DNA of 64,000 nucleotides from Candidatus Gastranaerophilales bacterium (GCA_944326535.1 CALVEJ010000102.1:1231-65230); one strand, 5' to 3'; shown: positions 1 to 7,200, counted from the first letter of the stretch. Notes: generated by a model from the letters alone, not told the origin. Program-made: numbers and translations.

Positions 1-470
1 GAGAGAGAAAGAGCAGCATTGTCATTCCCTGTACTGCTCGTGGTATCTATGAGCATTTCACCAGGTTCTATAAGCCTGAACCAGGCTCTGTAGCCCTTCT
101 CATTGGACGCTCTATGCTAGTCAACAAACCTCTTGAAATCATGCTTAGAGACTGGCTGGATATGGAAGTTATCGTGGCTCACTCAAAGAATAAACCACGA
201 TTGTCTCTTGAACCTCCGGCAATCATTGTAAGCGCTGTCGGTCTGCCTGTTCGTCTGAAGGCTTTTGGCTTTCAACCTTATTCTTCAAACAATACCATTA
301 TTTATGATGTAGGCATCAATCGAAACAAGGGAAAGCTTTGTGGAGATTTGTCTTGGGATAAAGATACTCAAGGCTTCTGTAAAGTTACTCCTGTTCCCGG
401 TGGTGTTGGTCGTTTGACGACTCTGAGCTTCTTGAAGAACTCCGTAGATTTATTAGAACTCCTTCAATGA
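1..470 (+). CDS. folD: Methylene-THF dehydrogenase/methenyl-THF cyclohydrolase (FolD-like), 5' end outside window
   Basis: The frame is open from nt 3, with no stop upstream of the listed Met at 114. Blocks IPCTARGI, LIGRSMLVNKP, IIYDVGINR..GKLCGD and TPVPGGVGRLT match conserved FolD motifs. Confidence 0.8.
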   Translation, partial: ERKSSIVIPCTARGIYEHFTRFYKPEPGSVALLIGRSMLVNKPLEIMLRDWLDMEVIVAHSKNKPRLSLEPPAIIVSAVGLPVRLKAFGFQPYSSNNTIIYDVGINRNKGKLCGDLSWDKDTQGFCKVTPVPGGVGRLTTLSFLKNSVDLLELLQ

Positions 471-570
471 TTCCTCGAATCATGACATAAAGGAACACGC
501 AGGCAAAGATGACTACGGGAAGAGTCAGAGCAACTCCGACAATACCAAAGTAATATAAAAAGAAATCCAT
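385..570 (-). CDS. Small hydrophobic membrane peptide (61 aa), antisense to the folD 3' end
   Basis: ORF track entry. It has a long hydrophobic helix (FFLYYFGIVGVALTLPVVIFACVFLYVMI) and a polar Ser-rich tail, and starts 4 nt after the stop of the 31-aa ORF upstream. Confidence 0.4.
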   Translation of the reverse strand: MDFFLYYFGIVGVALTLPVVIFACVFLYVMIRGIIEGVLINLRSSSRSSESSNDQHHREQE

Positions 571-573
571 AAT

Positions 574-669
574 TTAATCCATTGGGTCATAAGGGTCTAT
601 CTTAGTAAGTACGTAGACTATTACCAAGAAACCCAAAGTAAAGAGTAGGGTCTGTCCAGCAAGAGTCAT
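574..669 (-). CDS. Small hydrophobic peptide (31 aa, below the ORF-track cutoff)
   Basis: Hand translation gives MTLAGQTLLFTLGFLVIVYVLTKIDPYDPMD. A GGAGGTG Shine-Dalgarno lies 5 nt upstream of the ATG at 667-669. Confidence 0.4.
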   Translation of the reverse strand: MTLAGQTLLFTLGFLVIVYVLTKIDPYDPMD

Positions 670-670
670 A

Positions 671-697
671 AAGCACCTCCGGGTGCTTTTCTTTTAT
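671..697 (+). terminator. Intrinsic terminator (plus strand) about 200 nt after the folD stop
   Basis: Stem AAGCACC/GGTGCTT (671-677 and 682-688), loop TCCG, then TTCTTTTAT. Confidence 0.6.
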
Positions 698-708
698 CAG
701 GAATAAAT

Positions 709-891
709 ATGTTTAATGTAAAGTTTACCGATGAAAACGACACTTCTTTGTGTCTTTATAAGTTTAACAATAAATACTTTGTTAGGATGTATAATCCCAG
801 TCTTAAGAAATACACCATTATTCGTTTGAATAAGGGTTGTGTCTCTATGTTCTATAACTTCATGAAGACTCTTGCTAAAAAGGATCTCTAA
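709..891 (+). CDS. Hypothetical protein
   Basis: ORF track entry with AGGA upstream of the ATG. No recognisable motif. Confidence 0.5.
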   Translation: MFNVKFTDENDTSLCLYKFNNKYFVRMYNPSLKKYTIIRLNKGCVSMFYNFMKTLAKKDL

Positions 892-892
892 A

Positions 893-1264
893 ATGACTGC
901 TCCGGAACATTATCAGAAGTGTACTGCCATCATTGAACCAAAGGATCTTCTTCAGTATTTCCCCTTCTTTCTTGGAAATGCTGTAAAGTATATTCTTCGT
1001 TATCCCTATAAGGGTCAAGCTTATTCTGATCTCGTTAAAGCTCTGGACTATCTTGAATGGGCTAAGGAACGAAAAGAATCTCCTGAATATGGAGCTTTCT
1101 ACTTGGTTCCTGCATTCAAGAATGAAATTCTCAATACCTTGATTCCCAAGACCGCCATTGAACCGATTAACTACGATGATGCTATTGCAGTAATAAATCG
1201 TGTTCTTGATGACGTGATTTGTGAAGAAGAAGCCAAGGAACGGGATAAGGAAGAAACGTTTTAA
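893..1264 (+). CDS. DUF3310-like phage protein
   Basis: PEHY near the N-terminus and GNAVKYILRYPYKG..DLVKALDYLEW resemble the DUF3310 signature. The internal Met at 893 was chosen as start: it follows the upstream stop and has AAGGA upstream. Confidence 0.65.
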   Translation: MTAPEHYQKCTAIIEPKDLLQYFPFFLGNAVKYILRYPYKGQAYSDLVKALDYLEWAKERKESPEYGAFYLVPAFKNEILNTLIPKTAIEPINYDDAIAVINRVLDDVICEEEAKERDKEETF

Positions 1265-1341
1265 GGGCCTATAGCCAAGCAGGTTAAGGCATCCGACTCA
1301 TAATCGGAGGACCGCAGGTTCAAGTCCTGCTGGGCCCACCA
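1265..1341 (+). tRNA. tRNA-Met (or Ile2), anticodon CAT, CCA encoded
   Basis: Hand-folded cloverleaf. Acceptor GGGCCTA/TGGGCCC, anticodon arm TCCGA-CTCATAA-TCGGA, T arm GCAGG-TTCAAGT-CCTGC. Confidence 0.85.
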
Positions 1342-1344
1342 AAT

Positions 1345-1421
1345 CTAGGTGTAGCGCAGTTAGGTAGCGCAACTGCTTTGGGAGCAGTAGGTCGAGAGTT
1401 CGAATCCCTCCACCTAGACCA
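1345..1421 (+). tRNA. tRNA-Pro, anticodon TGG, CCA encoded
   Basis: Acceptor CTAGGTG/CACCTAG, anticodon arm ACTGC-TTTGGGA-GCAGT, T loop TTCGAAT. One A-C mismatch in the T stem. Confidence 0.8.
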
Positions 1422-1422
1422 T

Positions 1423-1498
1423 GGAACCATAGCTCAGAAGGTAGAGCAGTAGACTTTTAATCTATTGGTCGAGAGTTCAATCCTCTCTGGTTCCACCA
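1423..1498 (+). tRNA. tRNA-Lys, anticodon TTT, CCA encoded
   Basis: Acceptor GGAACCA/TGGTTCC, anticodon arm GTAGA-CTTTTAA-TCTAT, T arm GAGAG-TTCAATC-CTCTC. Confidence 0.85.
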
Positions 1499-1516
1499 AT
1501 TAATATATAATCCAAT

Positions 1517-1713
1517 TTAGGTTTTTAGTTACGGTATTATTCTCCACGGCAGTAAACGTGAAACAGGGTCAACATTTGTCCGCTCCGCGCCTAGGCTACG
1601 CTTGTAAGAGAGTATCTTGTTGGAATTGGTGACGTATTCCTCTGTGAGGATCCTAACGGAAGGCATCTAACCAATTCTGTCAAACTGAGTATAGGGCCTT
1701 TCTAAAAACCTAA
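1517..1713 (+). ncRNA. Candidate structured RNA A (about 197 nt) closed by a 12-bp stem, between tRNA-Lys and tRNA-Thr
   Basis: TTAGGTTTTTAG (1517-1528) pairs perfectly with CTAAAAACCTAA (1702-1713). There is an internal 7-bp helix GAATTGG/CCAATTC. The span has no ORF and no cloverleaf. Confidence 0.4.
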
Positions 1714-1716
1714 TCT

Positions 1717-1790
1717 GCCCGTATAGTTAAATGGTATAACACTTGACTTGTAATCATGGATTCTTGGTTCGATTCCAAGTGTGGGCACCA
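1717..1790 (+). tRNA. tRNA-Thr, anticodon TGT, CCA encoded
   Basis: Acceptor GCCCGTA/TGTGGGC (two G-U pairs), D arm GTTA..TAAC, anticodon loop CTTGTAA, T arm CTTGG-TTCGATT-CCAAG. One T-T mismatch in the anticodon stem. Confidence 0.75.
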
Positions 1791-1796
1791 ATTTAT

Positions 1797-1870
1797 TGGG
1801 ATATAGCTTAATGGTAAAGCACCGGATTTTGATTCCGGCTATGAAGGTTCGATTCCTTCTATCCCTGCCA
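1797..1870 (+). tRNA. tRNA-Gln, anticodon TTG, CCA encoded
   Basis: Anticodon arm CCGGA-TTTTGAT-TCCGG, T arm GAAGG-TTCGATT-CCTTC, unpaired first base pair and G73 as in bacterial tRNA-Gln. Confidence 0.85.
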
Positions 1871-1875
1871 GAACT

Positions 1876-2130
1876 ATGGAAGATAATGAACTGATCGACC
1901 TCTGTGCATTTCGTTATGCCTTGGGTCGAAGAACTTACATCGTGGATGTTGTGGTAACTCATCTCTATTACAGGATAGAGAAGTACTCCATCAACATGCT
2001 CAAGCGACTTCAGGAAGAAATCCGCAATGCTTACGATCTTGGAGATGATTGTGATAAGTATCTTTGGGATATGCTTCTGGAAGAAGTTGAAGATGAACTG
2101 GACAACCGGAGAGATGCCAGAGAGGTTTAA
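1876..2130 (+). CDS. Hypothetical phage protein (FRYALGRRTY motif)
   Basis: ORF track entry. It starts 6 nt after tRNA-Gln, and its last 23 nt overlap tRNA-Ser. Confidence 0.6.
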   Translation: MEDNELIDLCAFRYALGRRTYIVDVVVTHLYYRIEKYSINMLKRLQEEIRNAYDLGDDCDKYLWDMLLEEVEDELDNRRDAREV

Positions 2131-2195
2131 CGGAGCGGTCCTGAAAACCGTCGGTCAGCAATGATCCGTGGGTTCGAATCCCACTCTCTCCGCCA
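2108..2195 (+). tRNA. tRNA-Ser (class II), anticodon TGA, CCA encoded
   Basis: Acceptor GGAGAGA/TCTCTCC, anticodon arm GCGGT-CCTGAAA-ACCGT, long variable arm GGTCA..TGATC, T arm GTGGG-TTCGAAT-CCCAC. Position 33 reads C, not U. Confidence 0.8.
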
Positions 2196-2301
2196 CAGAG
2201 TACTTTGTGGGTACCTCTTTCTGACCTAAGAAAGAGAGGGGCTTATAGGTTGAGCCTGGATCTACGTCAAGTAGCCGCACTCCAAATCAACCTACCAATT
2301 C
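2196..2301 (+). ncRNA. Candidate structured spacer RNA B between tRNA-Ser and tRNA-Leu
   Basis: Hairpin CCTCTTTCT..AGAAAGAGG, then an 8-bp helix TAGGTTGA/TCAACCTA enclosing about 33 nt. No ORF. Confidence 0.3.
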
Positions 2302-2386
2302 GCCCGAATGACGGAATAGGTAGACGTACCGGACTTAAAATCCGTTGCCTTTGTGCGTGAGGGTTCGAGTCCCTCTTCGGGCACCA
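2302..2386 (+). tRNA. tRNA-Leu (class II), anticodon TAA, CCA encoded
   Basis: Acceptor GCCCGAA/TTCGGGC, anticodon loop CTTAAAA, long variable arm, T arm GAGGG-TTCGAGT-CCCTC. Confidence 0.85.
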
Positions 2387-2407
2387 ACAACAACAGATTA
2401 GGTCGTC

Positions 2408-2641
2408 TTATTTAAGATCTCTATAGCTCTATAAGAGTAAAGGGTGCAGATGAAGGAGTTCGTTAGCTGCGTAAGGGTCTAATGACGAGTGTCGCGTTGG
2501 TGAGAAACTACTATAGCGGCTTTAAGTGCTTGAATTAAAGTGTCGAGTAAGACTATCTCACAATCGTCCAACGAAAAACTTGAAAACGAGGCGTCCAAGC
2601 AACGCCTACAATTCATGACTCCCTATAGAGATCTTAAATAA
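2408..2641 (+). ncRNA. Candidate structured RNA C (234 nt) closed by a perfect 19-bp stem
   Basis: TTATTTAAGATCTCTATAG (2408-2426) is the exact reverse complement of 2623-2641. Several internal hairpins are present (AGGCGT/ACGCCT, GTGAGA/TCTCAC, CTTTAA/TTAAAG). There is no ORF longer than 10 codons, and a strong terminator follows. Confidence 0.5.
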
Positions 2642-2655
2642 CCAAAACCCCCGCA

Positions 2656-2690
2656 AAGGCTACCGGATAAAACCGGTAGCCTTATTTTTT
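2656..2690 (+). terminator. Intrinsic terminator closing the tRNA/ncRNA cluster
   Basis: 11-bp stem AAGGCTACCGG/CCGGTAGCCTT, loop ATAAAA, then ATTTTTT. Confidence 0.8.
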
Positions 2691-2707
2691 GCTATAAGGA
2701 GTTTATT

Positions 2708-2887
2708 ATGACTACTTATGAAAGTGCTGCTTATTCTGCTTGGGAAAACTCCTGGGCTAATGAATATGAAGAAGATGAGGAAGAAGACGAAGAAGAAGAA
2801 TGTGATGAGGCTTATGACGAAAGAGAAGAAGCCTTGTGCCATTCTCGTCTTGACGAAGAGAGGTATTACAAATGGCTGAATTGGTGA
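2708..2887 (+). CDS. Highly acidic 59-aa protein (below the ORF-track cutoff)
   Basis: Hand translation gives MTTYESAAYSAWENSWANEYEEDEEEDEEEECDEAYDEREEALCHSRLDEERYYKWLNW. AAGGAG lies 8 nt upstream of the ATG. Confidence 0.55.
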   Translation: MTTYESAAYSAWENSWANEYEEDEEEDEEEECDEAYDEREEALCHSRLDEERYYKWLNW

Positions 2888-3093
2888 CGAATACTGAACT
2901 CGTTGTCGGAGTTAGTACTGACAATCGCATCTATATCCTTGCAAAGGGTAGCAATGGACATACTAAGGTATGTATTGATATGTCCTTTGAGACAGCCAAT
3001 AAGATAGTCTCAGATATCTTGCTTTTGATCCTACATCACGATCCAAGCATCAGAAAATTTACCGATAGTGTTCAAGAGGACGATAAAGAATGA
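2872..3093 (+). CDS. Hypothetical protein
   Basis: ORF track entry, in tight overlap with its neighbours. Confidence 0.55.
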   Translation: MAELVTNTELVVGVSTDNRIYILAKGSNGHTKVCIDMSFETANKIVSDILLLILHHDPSIRKFTDSVQEDDKE

Positions 3094-3368
3094 TTGATTC
3101 TTTTGAACCAGGCATGAGTATGTCTCTCAAAGATCTTAATATCCCTAGAGGAACTACATATATCAGATTCAAGTCTGGGGGAGATTTATGGATAGTTGAA
3201 CGGGACAAGTTAGATGTGATTCTTATGTTCTGTCCTTTTGGTAAGATGCCTTATTGGTATACTCTTTTTGATGAAGAACTGGATAATTTGATTGATGCCC
3301 TTAAGCAAGCCAAAGAAGATAGAAAGAAACTGAAAGATTATATTGATTCTCTAAAGCAAGAAAAATAA
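3090..3368 (+). CDS. Hypothetical protein
   Basis: ORF track entry with an ATGA-type overlap with the upstream ORF. Confidence 0.6.
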   Translation: MIDSFEPGMSMSLKDLNIPRGTTYIRFKSGGDLWIVERDKLDVILMFCPFGKMPYWYTLFDEELDNLIDALKQAKEDRKKLKDYIDSLKQEK

Positions 3369-3643
3369 TGTTTTATGATCTAACTCAATCACCTGGTTAT
3401 GATCCGTATAACTGGAACAGATGGCCTGATGTCACTCCTCCTAGAGGATATGTCATGAGAATCCAAGATTGTTCTCTTGGATCTTCCGGACTCATCAACA
3501 GAATCTTTCAATGTCTTGTTGGATTCTGGGATGGATCCAAATGGGTTGATGTTGATGAACATGAAGAAATTACCATTTATGGTAATAATCTTCTCTTTCG
3601 TCCTTGGGATGAAAAACTTAACTGGCACGTAATAGATGACTGA
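3368..3643 (+). CDS. DUF551-like small protein
   Basis: W..WPDVTPPRGYVMRI and RPWDEK blocks are shared with the ORFs at 54364 and 54998. Confidence 0.6.
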   Translation: MFYDLTQSPGYDPYNWNRWPDVTPPRGYVMRIQDCSLGSSGLINRIFQCLVGFWDGSKWVDVDEHEEITIYGNNLLFRPWDEKLNWHVIDD

Positions 3644-3902
3644 TCCAAACCTTATTTACTACATAGCAGACGTATGTACTAACTTGAGATTCTTTGCTTT
3701 TCTTTTTGGAATGATTAGCTTATTTACAACATCTATGTGTGCTACTTCTTTTATAGGCTCAGAGATGCCAAATGCAAGACCATTCTTTATTCCTAGTCTT
3801 ATCCTACTTATTATTTGTTGTCTGTTGCTTATTTTTATTCCTGAGAAATCTACCGTGCTAAAAATGTATGGTTTACCTCCTACATTGACGATGGGGATGT
3901 AA
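3636..3902 (+). CDS. Small membrane protein (2 predicted TM segments)
   Basis: ORF track entry with two long hydrophobic stretches. Confidence 0.55.
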   Translation: MTDPNLIYYIADVCTNLRFFAFLFGMISLFTTSMCATSFIGSEMPNARPFFIPSLILLIICCLLLIFIPEKSTVLKMYGLPPTLTMGM

Positions 3903-4144
3903 TGATTAAAGAATGCCTTCTCTTTATGCTTGTTTACCTTATCAAGAAGCAACCTGCACTTCTTGAGAATCTTCTTGACTTTATGAAGGATCATGTGCAT
4001 CTGCTTGGCAATCAAATTCTCATGGAAGCTCTTCATGAATTTGAAAACTCCAAACAAGAATATCCCTTTAAGGATAAGATCAATGCTATGCACAAAGCCT
4101 TACTTGAGGAGTATAATAAGCGGTGTGGGATTCGTCCCTCATGA
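3902..4144 (+). CDS. Hypothetical protein
   Basis: ORF track entry. Its start overlaps the upstream stop. Confidence 0.5.
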   Translation: MIKECLLFMLVYLIKKQPALLENLLDFMKDHVHLLGNQILMEALHEFENSKQEYPFKDKINAMHKALLEEYNKRCGIRPS

Positions 4145-4241
4145 CAATGTATCTCTCTTGATTAATCTCGACCCTCGGATTGGTATTTATCAGTTCGAGG
4201 GTTTATTATTATGTTCCTTCCTAAAGTTATGAGGACATATC

Positions 4242-7200
4242 ATGCAAGTGATTAAGCGTGACGGTACAAAGGTACCATTTAGAACCAGAAAGATTGAAAA
4301 TGCCATCCGTAAAGCCGGATGGGTTGATGGTGCTACAGTAAAGAATATCTCTCGAACCATTATGGAAAAAGCTGAACAGTTTGGAGAACTTTCAGTAGAA
4401 ACCATTCAAGATCTGGTTGAAGACCTTCTTATGCAGTCTGATTATAAGAAGGTTGCTAAGGAATACATTCGTTACCGTAAGGTACGAGAGATGATTCGTA
4501 ATTCTGAGAAAGTCAATGAATCCATCCTCAGACTCATTGATGATAAGAATGAATATCTGGCTACGGAGAACTCCAACAAGAACCATCGTCTTGGTTCTAC
4601 GCAGAGAGACTACATCGCCGGTGAAGTCTCGAAGGATATCTCTCTTCGACTCCTTATGCCGAAGGAAGCTGTCGAAGCCCATAAGAAAGGAATCATTCAC
4701 CTCCATGATATGGATTACTTCATCCAGCATATGTTCAACTGTTTTAGCTCTGCTACCCGTTTTGTAACGGATACAGGTGTTCGAGCATTCAAGGATTGTT
4801 TTGATGGTGAAGAAGTCACCGTTCTTGATCGAGATGGTCAATGGCAAAAGGCCATTGTTCGTAAGTACGGCAAGCAATCTATGCAGTATGTTACGTTGCA
4901 GTCTGGTCGCACCACTAAAGTTGTAAAGTGCACTCCGAATCACCGATGGATTCTTAAAGATGGTTCAGTAACCACTTCTTTGAAAGAAGGGGATCGGCTG
5001 TTCTGCCTTCAAGACTCTACTTACGTTCCTCCCGAATTAAATGAGTATTTTTGCTTAGGCTTCATCCTTGGTGACGGTTCAGACGCCAGTGCCGACAACC
5101 GTAAGTATTGGCAGTTGCGCTTGTGCAACGAGAAGATTAAATACAAAGATGTATTTTTGAAGAATGGTTTCGCTATCAGCGGTACGTCTGATAATGATGT
5201 TCATCTTCTTAAGAGAACAAAAATTTCTAAGCAAGACTTCTTGACGTATAAGATGTGGAATCTTCTTCGTCATGAAGATCTAATCCAGTTATTCCACGGA
5301 CTGTATGCTGCAGATGGAGCCAAAGACCGGAACTTTATTGCTACTTCAGATGAACGTCTGGTTGAGCTAATTCAAGACATCTCTGCTGTTGCGGGTTACC
5401 ACATCACTCGTTGCAATCTGCACTATAGAGATACCAATTTCAAAAAGGGAGCAAAGCTCTATGAAATTGGTCTGATGAAGAGTCAACCTGCTAATCGTAA
5501 CTGGGTTGTTAAAAAGATTGAGCTTGATAAGCATACGGACGCTTACGATGCTTGGTGTGTGGAAGAACCTGTAACGCATACCTTTACTCTTGATGGAGGC
5601 ATCGTTACCGGCAACTGCTGTTTGGTTAATCTCGAAGACATTCTTCAGAATGGAACCGTCATCAATGGAACCATGATAGAAAAGCCTCACAGCTTCTCTA
5701 CAGCTTGCAATATCGCTACTCAGGTTGCCGCCATCATTGCGTCCAACCAATACGGTGGTCAGACAATGTCTCTGGCCCATCTGGCTCCTTTTGTTGAAGT
5801 CAGTCGTCAGAAAATCAAGCAGGAAGCTATTGCTGATGGTTTGGCTGTCAGTCTTAATGAAGCAGCTTTGAATGAGTACATTGAGAGCCAAGTAAAGAGA
5901 GAGATTGCTCGTGGCGTACAGATGATTCAGTATCAGATCAATACTCTCAATAGCTCCAATGGTCAAACTCCCTTCATCACTATCTGGGCATATCTCAATG
6001 AAGCCAAGAACCAGCAGGAAAAGGAAGACTTGGCTCTCATCATTGAAGAAGTCTTCAAGCAGCGTATTCAGGGCGTGAAGAACGAGGTTGGTCAGTGGGT
6101 CTCTCCCGCCTTCCCCAAGATCATCTATGCCTTGGAAGAAGACAACTGCAAGAAAGGTACCGAATATTGGTGGCTTACCGAACTGGCAGCGAAGTGTACT
6201 GCCAAGCGATTAGTTCCCGACTATATCTCTGAGAAGAAGATGATTGAGCTCAAGGGAGCTTGCTTCCCTTCAATGGGTTGTCGTTCTTTCCTTTCTCCGT
6301 GGAAGGATAAGGACGGAAAGCTCAAGTTCTACGGAAGATTCAATCAAGGCGTTGTGACACTTAATCTCCCCTATATTGCTTTGCTGGCTTGGGAAGATGC
6401 GAAGATCGTTGATGAAGACATCGTAGACATCTTCTGGGATGTTCTTGATAAGTATGCTGAGATTGCTCATACCGCTCTTCAGGCTCGACATGCTCGTCTT
6501 CTCAATACGCCTGTAGAGACTTCTCCTCTTCATTGGATGCACGGAGCTATAGCAAGACTACCGAAGGGATCCAACTTCAATGAACTTCTCTTTGGTGGTT
6601 ATTCAACGATTTCCCTTGGTTATGCCGGTATCTATGAAACCGTGAAGGTTCTTATTGGTCAGTCTCATACGACTCCTGATGGCAACAGACTGGCTCTTCA
6701 GATCCTCAAGAAACTGAACGACTACTGTGACAAGTGGAAAGCTGAGGAGAATATCGGGTATTCCGTCTATGGTTCTCCAATTGAATCCACTACCTACAAG
6801 TTTGCTCAGGCTATCCAAAGAAACTTCGGAACTATTCCTGACATATCAGATCATGGATATATCACTAATAGCTACCATGTAAATGTCAGAGAGAAGATTG
6901 ATCCGTTCACTAAATTAAAGATTGAATCTGATTTTCAAGCTTTAAGCCAAGGTGGTTGTATCTCTTATATTGAAACAGCCAATCTTCAGAATAATATTCC
7001 TGCCGTTCTGGAAGTTATTAAGTTCATTTACGATAATATTATGTATGCTGAACTTAATACTAAGTCTGACTTCTGTCAGGTTTGCGGTTCAACAGATGAG
7101 ATTAAAATTGTTGAAGACAATGGCAAACTCGTTTGGGAATGTCAGTATTGTGGTAACCGAGATCAGTCCAAAATGAATGTTACAAGACGTACGTGCGGGT

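Noticed and set aside
1702-1962. 86-aa minus-strand ORF.
   Set aside because: It lies entirely over tRNA-Thr, tRNA-Gln and the start of a plus-strand gene, so it is an artefact of tRNA sequence.
1265-2386. Search for suppressor tRNAs (anticodons CTA, TCA, TTA) and for stop-codon reassignment.
   Set aside because: All seven anticodons are sense (CAT, TGG, TTT, TGT, TTG, TGA-Ser, TAA-Leu). Long ORFs are uninterrupted under the standard code.
1500-2650. Self-cleaving ribozyme cores (hammerhead CUGANGA..GAAA), RNase P, SRP or tmRNA signatures, and a preQ1-like tail (CCTTTCTAAAAACCTAA) in the tRNA-spacer elements.
   Set aside because: No convincing core motif or required helix context was found by eye. 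The preQ1-like A-rich tail lacks the preceding P1 hairpin. A covariance-model scan is still needed.
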